From contig CALWEQ010000009.1 of the NCBI GenBank assembly GCA_944377365.1, forward strand, positions 15,137 through 79,136: a DNA stretch of 64,000 bases, read 5' to 3'. The translations under genes and the position numbers were made by a program. Shown here one piece after another: positions 1 through 9,204 of the stretch. The notes under the pieces were generated by a model. The model searched no databases. It was not told the DNA's origin and worked only from the letters and a program-made list of their open reading frames with translations. Origin of the DNA: an uncultured Clostridia bacterium. Its GTDB lineage: Bacteria > Bacillota > Clostridia > Christensenellales > UBA1242. Each line of letters begins with the position of its first letter. Position 1 is the stretch's first letter.

Positions 1-755
1 AAACATGCAAAACTGCTTTTTTTGAAAATGTCAACATATCCGACTATTAGATTTTTCACAGCATGTTTTTCTTTTTTAGGTGACTGGCCGTATTTAACAT
101 ATTTTCTCACACGTTTCAGATTGCCAAAAACAGCAATTAAACCAAAAAATATGACAAGCGCTCCATTTAAAAGTGCTATTGTTATAAAGCCACCTTGACT
201 AGCATCTGCCGCATCTATGCCTAACGTCAACGACGGCATTAACCAAAACATTAAAAAACTTGGCGCTATCATGCCTATTACATTAAAAAAAGTTTTATAT
301 GATTGAATTTTGCTTTGTTCGTTGTAATCAGGTGCTATGTCAAGTGCAAGCGCTGAAAATGGTGTTGACCAAAACGTGTTTGCCGTTTCTAAAAGTAGCA
401 AAAATGTCAAAAGCCACACAAACATTCCAAACTGACTGGTTTTGGGCATGCTCCATAATGCCAGATTGCAAATTGCGATAGCAAAAACAGCAAAAACCAT
501 GTACTTGAGCCTTTTGCCAAAAAAACCTGGCTTAGCTCTGTCAGAAATATAACCAACAAGCGGATCACTAACTCCGTCCCACAAAGATGCTATGCCTATT
601 GCAAGTCCAACAAGGGTGCCTGAAAGCCCCATGATAGAAGTGCAAAAAAACATTAAAAACGAACCTATCGTCTGTGATAGAGAATTATAGCCCAGTCCAC
701 CCACACCATAAAACACTTTGTTTCTAAAAGGTAAAAAATTGTCCTTCTTTTTCAC
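1..755 (-). CDS. GPH/MFS-type sugar:cation symporter, N-terminal part (3' end lies beyond window start)
   Basis: Absent from the ORF track because it is open to the window edge. My hand translation of the minus strand from GTG 755-753 is stop-free down to position 3 (VKKKDNFLPFRNKVFYGVGGLGYNS...SLWDGVSDPLVGYISDRAKPGFFGKR...). The D-x2-x-D-P-x-x-G-x3-DR loop after TM2 is the GPH (MelB/XylP/UidB) signature, and there are several hydrophobic helices. The GTG start is uncertain and there is no clear SD. Confidence 0.7.
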   Translation of the reverse strand, partial: MKKKDNFLPFRNKVFYGVGGLGYNSLSQTIGSFLMFFCTSIMGLSGTLVGLAIGIASLWDGVSDPLVGYISDRAKPGFFGKRLKYMVFAVFAIAICNLALWSMPKTSQFGMFVWLLTFLLLLETANTFWSTPFSALALDIAPDYNEQSKIQSYKTFFNVIGMIAPSFLMFWLMPSLTLGIDAADASQGGFITIALLNGALVIFFGLIAVFGNLKRVRKYVKYGQSPKKEKHAVKNLIVGYVDIFKKSSFAC

Positions 756-810
756 AAGTTATCTATATGCTATGTTGTTGAAAAAAAGGACAAACCACTC
801 AATTAAATTG

Positions 811-1575
811 TCAAACTTCTTCTTTACTTTCCTGTTTGGTTTCGTTATTTAGCTGTTCTTTCAATTCCTTGCGCGACAACTTAGGCTTGTCACTTCTTTT
901 TGCTCTTAAAATTCGTTGAGCGACTTCAAACCTACTTTCATTGTAAAAAAACAACTCTTTGCATTTTCTTTCTATTGCGCTCAGCACTTCGTCAACTTCT
1001 TTACTAAAGCTTGGATCTTCTGGAAGAGATAAGGTTGCTCCAAGCTTTTTTGCTTTTCTACCAGTTTGCATATCTTTGTATGTGATTTTTTCAAAAGCAA
1101 TATTGCCTTTCATTCCTGTTCCACTTATAAGCTTGTAAAAATTTGATTTTATCTTTATTTCAAAAATTGGCACTGTTTGTTTTACAACTTCAACCAAATC
1201 GATAGTAAAAATGTTGGAAAAGGCATTGTTAATCGCTGACGCTATTTGTATTGGATAGTCTTTTGGAGTTTCCCTTCCACCACATTCGGCATTATAAAAC
1301 TTTCGACTTGGTTTACGAAATTCAGTCGGTAAATATGATATTTTTTTTACCTTAAAATAAGATTTTCCATCTCGAAATTCTTTGCTTAAAACAATGCCAG
1401 CGCTTGAAAGCAAATTGGTTGGGGTGTCATAAATTATTTCAACTGATTTCATACGTTTTTCAAAATAAATTCTGTAATATGTTAGCTCAGCATCAAGCTT
1501 GTCGATGACGTTCTGTACATTGTTTCTTAACAAGTCGTAGTGATATTTAATCATACCATTTTCTGTTGTTTCCAT
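811..1575 (-). CDS. hypothetical protein, possibly CYTH-like fold with Lys/Glu-rich tail
   Basis: 254-aa ORF. The strand pattern (VEIIYDTPTNLLSSAGIVLSKE..., FEIKIKSNFYKL..., IAFEKITYKD) resembles CYTH/triphosphate-tunnel proteins, but I see no N-terminal ExExK motif. Assignment is weak. Confidence 0.3.
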   Translation of the reverse strand: METTENGMIKYHYDLLRNNVQNVIDKLDAELTYYRIYFEKRMKSVEIIYDTPTNLLSSAGIVLSKEFRDGKSYFKVKKISYLPTEFRKPSRKFYNAECGGRETPKDYPIQIASAINNAFSNIFTIDLVEVVKQTVPIFEIKIKSNFYKLISGTGMKGNIAFEKITYKDMQTGRKAKKLGATLSLPEDPSFSKEVDEVLSAIERKCKELFFYNESRFEVAQRILRAKRSDKPKLSRKELKEQLNNETKQESKEEV

Positions 1576-1689
1576 ATTTACTCCTAAACAGTTTCTACCT
1601 TTAATGAAAGTTTAACACGTTTTAATAAAAAAATGCAAATGTTTGAAAGCACAAACTGTTGGTTATAATTTACAAAGGAGGTAAAATAT

Positions 1690-2280
1690 ATGGAATTTTG
1701 TAACAGTAAAACAAGAGAAAATTTAGCAAGAGCGTTTGCCGCGGAGTGCCAAGATGGAGCAAGATATCAATTTATCGCAAAAGATGCTAAAAAAAATCAA
1801 ATGAATTACATTTCCACAATTTTAAAAATGCTTGCAAAAAACGAAATGGCTCATGCAAAAATGTTTTACCAGCACATGATTGAAAATCTGCCAAAATCAT
1901 CTAATGGAAATGTAAACATCGAAGCTGGTTTTCCTTTTAAGGAGTCTGAAATTTGTTCTGCACTAGCTACTTCAGCTCAAATAGAAGAATCTGAGGGAGA
2001 AAACATCTATCCTTCTTTTGCTAAGATTGCAAAAGACGAAGGCTTTTTAGAAATATCGAAAACCTTTTTGGAGGTTTCAGAAGTTGAAAAAGTGCATTCT
2101 CAAAAATTAGCATTTTTAGCAGAAATGTACAAGAAAAATTCTCTCTATAAATCTCCAACCGCCAAGCAATACGAATGCTCAAATTGCGGGCACAGGCAAA
2201 CAAAAAAGGAGGCTTGGAAAATTTGCCCCCTTTGTCAGTATCCACAAGGCTATGTCGTCATCGACTTCCCACAAAATTAA
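1690..2280 (+). CDS. rbr: rubrerythrin
   Basis: Ferritin-like diiron domain (ARAFAAECQDGARYQF, NEMAHAKMF, EKVHSQKL) plus a C-terminal rubredoxin-like CSNCGH...CPLCQ. SD aaaggagg lies upstream of the ATG. Confidence 0.88.
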   Translation: MEFCNSKTRENLARAFAAECQDGARYQFIAKDAKKNQMNYISTILKMLAKNEMAHAKMFYQHMIENLPKSSNGNVNIEAGFPFKESEICSALATSAQIEESEGENIYPSFAKIAKDEGFLEISKTFLEVSEVEKVHSQKLAFLAEMYKKNSLYKSPTAKQYECSNCGHRQTKKEAWKICPLCQYPQGYVVIDFPQN

Positions 2281-2307
2281 AAAAACCGCTAAATGCGGTT
2301 TTTTTTA
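2281..2307. terminator. bidirectional intrinsic terminator between rbr and hup
   Basis: aaaaaCCGCtaaatGCGGttttttt. The stem is flanked by an A-run and a T-run and sits between convergent genes. Confidence 0.7.
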
Positions 2308-2577
2308 ATTAAAAATAGCTTTAAAACTGTTTCCGAATTTGAATGCTGGCACCTTTGCAGCAGCAATTTTAACCTTTTGTTTTGTCATAGGATTAATGCC
2401 AGTGCGTGCTGGTTTCTTTTTAATTTCGTAAGTGCCGAACCCAGCAATAGCGATTTTGTCTCCTTTTTTAAGTGTGTCAACAATTGTCGCCACCATAGCT
2501 TCAAAAGCAATCCCCGCGTCCTTTTGAGTAAAATTTGCTTTTTCAGCAAAAGCTTTGATAAATTCAGATTTGTTCAT
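2305..2577 (-). CDS. hup: DNA-binding protein HU
   Basis: MNKSEFIKAFAEKANFTQKDAG...GFGTYEIKKKPARTGINPMTKQKVKIAAAKVPAFKFG is a canonical HU/IHF sequence. I start at the internal ATG 2577, which is preceded by SD aagggagaa. The 21 upstream codons of the track ORF are unsupported. Confidence 0.93.
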   Translation of the reverse strand: MNKSEFIKAFAEKANFTQKDAGIAFEAMVATIVDTLKKGDKIAIAGFGTYEIKKKPARTGINPMTKQKVKIAAAKVPAFKFGNSFKAIFN

Positions 2578-2692
2578 AAATTTTCTCCCTTTTTTAATTT
2601 TGCATCTTAATGCTAATAAAATACTAGCATAAATCGACATTTTAGCAAAACGATTTTAACTGTTTTCACAAGAAAACAAGCAGATTCCGCAC

Positions 2693-3541
2693 TTATCTTG
2701 CAAAAACATCTTCTATTTCGCTCCAATAATATTGACATATTGAAGACGTTTTAATCCAAATCAATTGAGTGTCTGTGGCAAGCTCTGCATCTTTTAAAAT
2801 AATTTCAGCTACGCCTTCTAAATCATCCAAACTTGCAACTCCTCGAATGCGACTATCAGACGAATGCGCTCGATTGTCGCCAAGATAAAACACCGAATTT
2901 TCAGGGACCTTGTAATACCACGTGTCTCCTATCTTTACAACATTTTCATCTTTCCCTTTTAAAAAAGTTTGATAAAACATTTGTTCATATTCTATTTTAA
3001 CAAGTTCTAGATTGTTTAAATGCCATTCAGTGTGTGACGCCATTGTTGACCATTCTTCGTAGCTTTTGATGTAACCTTCATCAAGCCTAGTAGGTGCCAA
3101 TTCCCCTGCTTTTTGAATGTAAACGTGAAAGTAACCGTCCTCTCCTTCTCCTGTGGCTTTTTTAATAGTAACAAAATCTCCTTCCAAAGCAATTGCTCGT
3201 TTGATTAAAGAAATATGACTTATCTCACCCTTGTCATTGAATTGTGCCGATGAAATGGTTATTATGTCAAACTGCTCAGGTAATTTGTTGTTGTTGACAT
3301 AAACCCAATCATAACAATCATCTGAATCGATGGCACTAGCATTCAAAGTGTTTTGCATGCTTATTCCATCGACGCTTGAAAGAGTATGGGTGGAAATGAA
3401 GTAAAAATACCAAATCATGTAAGAAGCAAAAAGCAAAAAATAAAATAGAAAAATCCAGAAAATCACTTTTGGATATTTTCTTACGCTTCTCTCTATGAAT
3501 TCCTCTCCTTTAATATCTCTTCTAGACTTCGTGCCGAACAT
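2693..3541 (-). CDS. lepB: signal peptidase I (S26)
   Basis: Motifs GISMQNTL (Ser box), LIKRAIALEGD (Lys box) and YLGDNRAHSSDSR, with an N-terminal TM helix. The start is ambiguous: ATG 3541 has an aaggag SD, while the track ORF extends to 3595. It overlaps the queH end. Confidence 0.85.
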   Translation of the reverse strand: MFGTKSRRDIKGEEFIERSVRKYPKVIFWIFLFYFLLFASYMIWYFYFISTHTLSSVDGISMQNTLNASAIDSDDCYDWVYVNNNKLPEQFDIITISSAQFNDKGEISHISLIKRAIALEGDFVTIKKATGEGEDGYFHVYIQKAGELAPTRLDEGYIKSYEEWSTMASHTEWHLNNLELVKIEYEQMFYQTFLKGKDENVVKIGDTWYYKVPENSVFYLGDNRAHSSDSRIRGVASLDDLEGVAEIILKDAELATDTQLIWIKTSSICQYYWSEIEDVFAR

Positions 3542-4076
3542 CTCTCTCCTTTTTTGAAAATCTACAACCGCAGTAATTTTGTCTGTAAAGCCCAAACTGT
3601 TTTGAAAGCTGAATGCTTTTTAAATAGCCATCTTTCTTTTTAAAGTTTTCAGGTAAAAATTCTATTTCTTCTTTTTTAGAAATTTCCGTTCCAACTTCAT
3701 TAATGAGTAATGTGTTCTTATATGGACTTACCGAAAGAGTTGTAGCAAACAGGTCAAATCCTAGCTCTTTGGCCACTTGAGCCGTTTTGTTTAAGCGAAT
3801 TTCAAAACAAAGTTTACAACGGCTCCCACCCTCTTTTTCGTTTTCAAGTCCTTTTGCAAGTTTTAAAAACCCTTCCTCATCATAGTCACCTTCAATAACT
3901 TTGACTCCCTTGAGTTTAGCATATCTTTTTTGTTCAGCCAAACGTTTTTGGTATTCTTCGAATGGAAAAATATTTGGATTATAGTAGAAAATTGTCAAAT
4001 CATATTTTCCTATAAGCTCTTCAATAACCTGTGTAGAACATGGCCCACAACAAGAATGCAACAAAAGTTTTTTCAT
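3522..4076 (-). CDS. queH: epoxyqueuosine reductase QueH (DUF208)
   Basis: LLHSCCGPCS...YYNPNIFP...GGSRCKLCFEIRL...LSVSPYKN...YCGC is the typical QueH Cys pattern and length (184 aa). Confidence 0.85.
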   Translation of the reverse strand: MKKLLLHSCCGPCSTQVIEELIGKYDLTIFYYNPNIFPFEEYQKRLAEQKRYAKLKGVKVIEGDYDEEGFLKLAKGLENEKEGGSRCKLCFEIRLNKTAQVAKELGFDLFATTLSVSPYKNTLLINEVGTEISKKEEIEFLPENFKKKDGYLKSIQLSKQFGLYRQNYCGCRFSKKERDVRHEV

Positions 4077-4492
4077 TTTAGCGCCCTCACAAACCCCACC
4101 AAATCTGATAATGAGATGTTCTCTTTTTTTAGTTTTTCATAACTTGGCTCAAATTTTTCTATAGTAGACACACAACTGTAAAGTTTGTCATTTAGTTGAA
4201 AAAACAACTGTGCGAAAAAGCTTTCTTTTCCTATAATATATAATGTTGCTGTCCTTTCTCCAATTTTTATGTTAAACTTTTTCTTTAACTCAAGATTTGA
4301 CGTAATATTCTTGTAGTCTTTAATCATTTTGTCATAAACAGACAATTCTTCTTTTGCCAAAAAAACAGAGATAATTGTTTTGTTTGGCGAAAGCAAATTA
4401 AAAACAAATTGCAAGTTTTGACCGTTTGAAAGATCGTATTTTTCTTGCAACCTTATGTAACCTTTAGGAACTTTAAATGTCACAATAGCCAT
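4073..4492 (-). CDS. hypothetical protein
   Basis: 139-aa ORF, translationally coupled to queH by a 4-nt overlap. No motif recognised. Confidence 0.5.
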   Translation of the reverse strand: MAIVTFKVPKGYIRLQEKYDLSNGQNLQFVFNLLSPNKTIISVFLAKEELSVYDKMIKDYKNITSNLELKKKFNIKIGERTATLYIIGKESFFAQLFFQLNDKLYSCVSTIEKFEPSYEKLKKENISLSDLVGFVRALK

Positions 4493-4532
4493 GCAAAGAT
4501 TTTAACAAATTACGAAAAAAAAGTCAATGCTC

Positions 4533-4868
4533 TTATAAATATTCAACAGCATACATCATAACATCATTCACAGACCTTTCGGTGAGCGAATAAAGCAAAA
4601 TTTTTCCATCTCGATGATAACTCACTAGTCCTTGGTCTTTTAAAATTTTTAGTTGGTGTGAAACTGTAGTTTGGTTTATTCCTAACAATGTTGAAATGTC
4701 GCCAACACACAAATCACATATAGAAAGACACGAAATGATTTTAAGACGAGTAAAATCAGAAAAATTTTGAAAATAATCAGCCAGTCGCAAAACCTCAGCA
4801 TCGCTTGGCAAAAAATTTAATATGTCGCTTTTTCGACGTTCCGAAAGCATCAAGTATTTTTCTTGCAT
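4533..4868 (-). CDS. ArsR/SmtB-family metal-sensing transcriptional regulator
   Basis: Winged HTH: FTRLKIISCLSICDLCVGDISTLLGINQTTVSHQLKILKDQGLVSYHRDGK. The CDLC cluster sits at the alpha-3 metal-site position. Start taken at ATG 4868 after SD aggaggg. Confidence 0.85.
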   Translation of the reverse strand: MQEKYLMLSERRKSDILNFLPSDAEVLRLADYFQNFSDFTRLKIISCLSICDLCVGDISTLLGINQTTVSHQLKILKDQGLVSYHRDGKILLYSLTERSVNDVMMYAVEYL

Positions 4869-5043
4869 TTTCCCTCCTAAAAGTGTCAAAATTGTAAAAA
4901 CTGTCATATATAATGTCGTAACGCTCCTCCTGAAGCGAAACAATCAGGACATATTCAATAATAACTTACAAAAGAAAAATGTAAAAAAAATATTTTGACT
5001 GTTTTTGCTTTTTTAAATTAAAAATTGTTGAAAGGAGGAGCCA

Positions 5044-5223
5044 ATGAACTCACAAGACATTTTACTAATTTTGCTACTATCAATCTTTGCAAATGCGACT
5101 GACACAAATCTTAACACAAACACAAACTTTTTGTTACTGCTTTTGCTTGCCTTGTCAAACAACAACAGTTGTTGTGGTTGTGCAAACACTTGCCCTGGGC
5201 AATACTCTAATCGATTTTTTTAA
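5044..5223 (+). CDS. 59-aa hydrophobic peptide with C-terminal Cys cluster (below track cutoff)
   Basis: Hand-translated: MNSQDILLILLLSIFANATDTNLNTNTNFLLLLLLALSNNNSCCGCANTCPGQYSNRFF, stop TAA 5221-5223. A perfect SD (aaaggaggag) ends 4 nt before the ATG. It is divergent from the ArsR gene and followed by a hairpin plus T-run at about 5321-5367. Confidence 0.55.
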   Translation: MNSQDILLILLLSIFANATDTNLNTNTNFLLLLLLALSNNNSCCGCANTCPGQYSNRFF

Positions 5224-5539
5224 TAATTTAATGCAAAATAGATGTTTAATTTGCTAAAAATATTAAACATAAAAATAAAAAAATAAAAAATAATCACATT
5301 TAAAAAATAAGACGAGTTTTAAGCAAGGTTAATTATTAATTTTCAATTTTACCACCTTGCTTTTTTTATATAAAAAATTTTTTTATTTTTTTTAAAAAAA
5401 ATGTAAAAACGTTTGGTATTAAAAATTTTTTATGCTAATATTGTCATGTAAAAAGATTTGAATATAAATTTCTTTTTTACAAATATTAAATTAAAAACAA
5501 AAGAGCGCTTTAATCTTTATGCGCGAAACGGAGGTTTTT

Positions 5540-5893
5540 ATGTTTAAGTTTATTTCTTTACTTGGTGGATGGGATGACCTTGCGACAGAGTTAGGGTCTG
5601 AGTACAATTGGCTTAGCTCCTTGTTTGATGTACTTTATCCATTACTTTATGCTATTATGGCAATTACTGCGGCAGCAGGTGCTGTTTATGCAATAGTATT
5701 AGGCATAAATCTCGCACGTGCAGAAGATCAATCAAAACGTGACGAAGCAAAAAAGCGTTTGATTACAACTATAATCGCTGTTGCTGTAACAATTTTACTT
5801 ATCGTATTCTTTAATGAGTTGTTGCCATTAATCATTCAACAATTTGTTGGGACACCTGAATCCCCTGTTGATCACTTTGGAACTACCCAATAA
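5540..5893 (+). CDS. small two-TM membrane protein (TrbC/VirB2-pilin-like topology)
   Basis: SD ggagg lies 6 nt before ATG 5540. Two hydrophobic helices (LLYAIMAITAAAGAVYAIVLGINL and LITTIIAVAVTILLIVFFNELL) are separated by the charged loop ARAEDQSKRDEAKKR. The family call is by resemblance only. Confidence 0.5.
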   Translation: MFKFISLLGGWDDLATELGSEYNWLSSLFDVLYPLLYAIMAITAAAGAVYAIVLGINLARAEDQSKRDEAKKRLITTIIAVAVTILLIVFFNELLPLIIQQFVGTPESPVDHFGTTQ

Positions 5894-5906
5894 AGCTTAG
5901 TTTAAA

Positions 5907-5932
5907 AAAGACCAAAAATTTGGTCTTTTTTT
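5907..5932 (+). terminator. intrinsic terminator
   Basis: aaaaaaGACCAAAaattTTTGGTCttttttt immediately after the 5540-5893 CDS. Confidence 0.75.
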
Positions 5933-5959
5933 ATTAATTTAATCTAAACATTAATACTA

Positions 5960-5990
5960 AAAAACTGCAACAAAAATTGCAGTTTTTTAA
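5960..5990 (-). terminator. intrinsic terminator downstream of valS
   Basis: aaaaaaCTGCAAcaaaaaTTGCAGtttttt. A symmetric hairpin with flanking A- and T-runs, downstream of the valS stop. Confidence 0.65.
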
Positions 5991-6105
5991 GGTTTTTTAA
6001 GCATTTAATTACATTTAGAATATAAGAGATTTAAAATATTATGAAGTTTAACTATATTGAAAAAAGTTTTTAACATTTAAAATTCTCACATTGTAAGATT
6101 TAAAT

Positions 6106-8703
6106 TTACAAACTATTTATTTCATTTTCTATTTTTCTTAATTTTTGTAAATTGTTTTCTAATTTTTCTCTTTCAGAATTTATTAGTTTTTCAGGCGCTT
6201 TTGCTACAAAGCCGGCATTCGACAACATTTTTTTAGAGCGCTCTATTTCAAACTTTAATCTTTCGATCTCTTTTTCCATGAGTTCTTTTTCTTTTTGAGA
6301 GTCAACAAGTTGCCCCATTGGAAGCATTATTTCTATCTCCCCGCTTATTATCTTTGAGCACTTTTCTTTTGGTTCAGTTTCTACAAGCTTGCAAACATCA
6401 CCGTGAGCAAGCTTTGCAATTTCGTTTAAATTTTCTTCAAGTGTTTTATCTTTTTTGTTTGTATGCAAGAAAATTGAAACATTTTTATTGTCAGGCACAT
6501 TAAACTCTGCCCTTGCATTTCTGATCAAACGAACGATTTCAATAACTCTATCAAAATTGTTTTTTAATCGTTTACATTGAACTTTCTTTGGAAATTCTGC
6601 AAGCATTATTGTCCCTTGGCTATTTGGCAACTCTTGATAAATATATTCGGTTACAAAAGGAATAAACGGATGAAACAATTTGAGCAAATTAGACAAAACG
6701 TAAAGTAAAACATTTTGCGTTTTGTTTTTGTTGCTCTCGTCAGCCCCATACAAATCGACCTTGCTTAGCTCTATATACCAATCACAAAACTTGCTAACTG
6801 TAAATTCAATCAAATTGCTTGTGGCAACACCAAAAGCATACTTATCAATATTTTTATTTACCGATTTGATCAGTTTATCAAGTTCCAACAAAATCCATTT
6901 GTCTTTTTCTCTTAAATTAAGACTTTCGATTGAACAAATTTTTACATCTTTTAGATTTTGAACAACAAATTTGCTAGCATTATAGAGTTTGTTGATAAAA
7001 ATCTTTGCTTCTTTCGCTTTTTCTTCGCCATATTTGACATCTGTCCCTGTGCTCATACCATTGACAAGACTCAATCTTAACGCGTCGGCGCCATATTTGT
7101 TTATCATGTCTATTGGGTCAATTCCATTGCCCAAATGTTTGGACATCTTCACTCCGTGTATATCTCTTACAAGCCCATGAATAACGACGTCTTTGAATGG
7201 AACATCGCCCATAAACTTCAACCCTGAAAACACCATTTTTGAAACCCAAAAAGTGATGATGTCATATCCTGTTACAAGTGCTGAAGTTGGATAATAGTAC
7301 TTTAAATCATCAGTTTTTTCAGGGTAACCGAGAGTGGAAAAAGGCCAAAGCGCAGAAGAGAACCATGTGTCAAGCACTCCTTCGTCTTGTTCAAGATGCT
7401 TTTCACCACAAATTGGGCACTTTTGAGGATCACTTTCTGCCGCAAATGTATGACCATTTAAACAAGTAAACACCGGTATTCTATGTCCCAACCAAATTTG
7501 ACGTGAAATACACCAATCTTGTATGTTTTCAAGCCAATTTAAATATGTTTTTTCATAACGTTTAGGATGAAAATTCAACCTGCCATTTTTTACAACTTCA
7601 ATAGCTGGCTTAACAAGGTCCTTCATCTTAACAAACCATTGGGTTGAAATCCTTGGCTCTGTAAATGAACCACATCGTTCACAAGTTCCAACTTGGTTTT
7701 TGTATTTTTCTTTTTTAACTAAATAGCCACCATCAGCCAAAGCTTTTTCAATAACGCCCCTTGCCTCAATTCTATCAAGCCCGGCAAAAACACCAGCGCT
7801 TTCCGTAAGCTTTCCATCATGGTCAATGCAGTTTACTACATCAAGGTTATGCCTTAATCCAATTTCATAGTCGTTTGGATCATGCGCAGGAGTAATCTTA
7901 ACCGCCCCTGTTCCAAAACCCATTTCACAATAGTCGTCAGCTATAAGCTTTATTTTTTTGTTTACAAGTGGCAAAATCAAATCTTTCCCTATTTTGTCAG
8001 AAAAACGTCTGTCGTTTGGATTTACAGCAACGGCCGTGTCGCCAAAAATTGTCTCTGGCCTTGTAGTAGCAACAACAACGCTTCCGCTTCCATCTGCAAA
8101 AGGATATTTTATGTACCATAAAAACGTAGATTGATCGATGTGCACATTTTCGTTGTCTGAAATGGTTGTTTTACAACTTGGACAGTAATTTACAACCCTT
8201 TTCCCTTTGTAAATGAGCCCTTCCTTGTAATATTGACAAAACACGTGCCTGACAGCTCTATTAAGATTTTCATCCATAGTAAAAGCTTGCCTAGACCAAT
8301 CGCATGAAATACCAAGTTTTTTTAGCTGATCGCATATGACATTTGCATATTTATCATACCACTGCCAGCCCAATTTCAAAAATTCCTCTCTGCCAACAGT
8401 TTCTTTGTCTAGCCCTTTGCTTTTTAAGTCTTTCACCAAAACTTGTTCAGTGGCTATTGCTGCATGATCTGTGCCTGGCACCCAAAGAGTGTTAAAGCCC
8501 TGCATTCTTTTCGTTCTAATTAAAATGTCTTGCATGGTGTTGTCGAGGGCATGCCCAATATGTGCTTTACCAGTAACGTTTGGTGGTGGCATAACAATGC
8601 TGTAATGTTCCCTTCCGTCAGGCTTAGTGGTGAAATAATTTTTGTCCAACCAATTTTGATAAATTTTCGTTTCGAACAATTCAGGTGAATAACTTTTCTC
8701 CAT
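6106..8703 (-). CDS. valS: valine--tRNA ligase
   Basis: 865 aa with PPNVTGKAHIGHALDNT (HIGH), KMSKHLGN (KMSKS), an editing-domain region and a C-terminal coiled coil. Confidence 0.97.
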   Translation of the reverse strand: MEKSYSPELFETKIYQNWLDKNYFTTKPDGREHYSIVMPPPNVTGKAHIGHALDNTMQDILIRTKRMQGFNTLWVPGTDHAAIATEQVLVKDLKSKGLDKETVGREEFLKLGWQWYDKYANVICDQLKKLGISCDWSRQAFTMDENLNRAVRHVFCQYYKEGLIYKGKRVVNYCPSCKTTISDNENVHIDQSTFLWYIKYPFADGSGSVVVATTRPETIFGDTAVAVNPNDRRFSDKIGKDLILPLVNKKIKLIADDYCEMGFGTGAVKITPAHDPNDYEIGLRHNLDVVNCIDHDGKLTESAGVFAGLDRIEARGVIEKALADGGYLVKKEKYKNQVGTCERCGSFTEPRISTQWFVKMKDLVKPAIEVVKNGRLNFHPKRYEKTYLNWLENIQDWCISRQIWLGHRIPVFTCLNGHTFAAESDPQKCPICGEKHLEQDEGVLDTWFSSALWPFSTLGYPEKTDDLKYYYPTSALVTGYDIITFWVSKMVFSGLKFMGDVPFKDVVIHGLVRDIHGVKMSKHLGNGIDPIDMINKYGADALRLSLVNGMSTGTDVKYGEEKAKEAKIFINKLYNASKFVVQNLKDVKICSIESLNLREKDKWILLELDKLIKSVNKNIDKYAFGVATSNLIEFTVSKFCDWYIELSKVDLYGADESNKNKTQNVLLYVLSNLLKLFHPFIPFVTEYIYQELPNSQGTIMLAEFPKKVQCKRLKNNFDRVIEIVRLIRNARAEFNVPDNKNVSIFLHTNKKDKTLEENLNEIAKLAHGDVCKLVETEPKEKCSKIISGEIEIMLPMGQLVDSQKEKELMEKEIERLKFEIERSKKMLSNAGFVAKAPEKLINSEREKLENNLQKLRKIENEINSL

Positions 8704-9204
8704 AGCGACTCCTTAAACGAATTAATTATATCATACACACAACAAAAAAATCAAACACTTAAGCATATTGATATAGCATGTTTTAAACATTTAATTGTCA
8801 TCATTAAATTTTTATTAATGGAAATAAAAATTAAGCGTTACCTTACCATTTTTTTTAAAAAAATGTAAGCTTAGTTTAAAATGGTTTTAAAATCTGACAT
8901 CGCTTAAAAAAAGAGTATTAAAAATATTCTTTGCTTTTCTTTAAAAACTTTTGTTAATTCTTATTATTATTTAAAGAATTTTTTTATTATACAATGTTTT
9001 TCGTAATTTTATATAATTTCAATTTCACCATAAGATATAATCTTGTCAAATAAATACAATTTACATAAATCCTTTGTCGGCACAAAAAAATTATTTTTCG
9101 TTCAAACTTACAGCTTTAAAAAACGGTGAATTAAAAAAATTATGAATTTAACGAAGCTTTTCACAACTATTATAGTTAAGCATTTGACACACTTGATTAT
9201 TATA

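Noticed and set aside
1576-1689. Possible PerR/Fur-type box in the rubrerythrin promoter (ggTTATAATTTACAA).
   Set aside because: It is only a partial match that overlaps a -10 element. It is indistinguishable from background in AT-rich DNA.
2578-2640. N-terminal extensions of several track ORFs: hup, the arsR-family gene, the hydrogenase, GT2, rplI, rpmE, rpsF, metG, the flippase and the HicB-like gene.
   Set aside because: In each case an internal ATG with a good SD matches the conserved protein N-terminus. The extensions are unsupported and sometimes start at non-ATG codons.
8704-9204. A 500-bp leader upstream of valS, where a T-box riboswitch is expected in Bacillota.
   Set aside because: I found no T-box core (AAxxGGGTGGTACCGCG or its complement), no specifier or antiterminator architecture and no GC-rich helices. 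The region is uniformly AT-rich. The same is true upstream of argS (translationally coupled to recR) and metG (directly after sigH).
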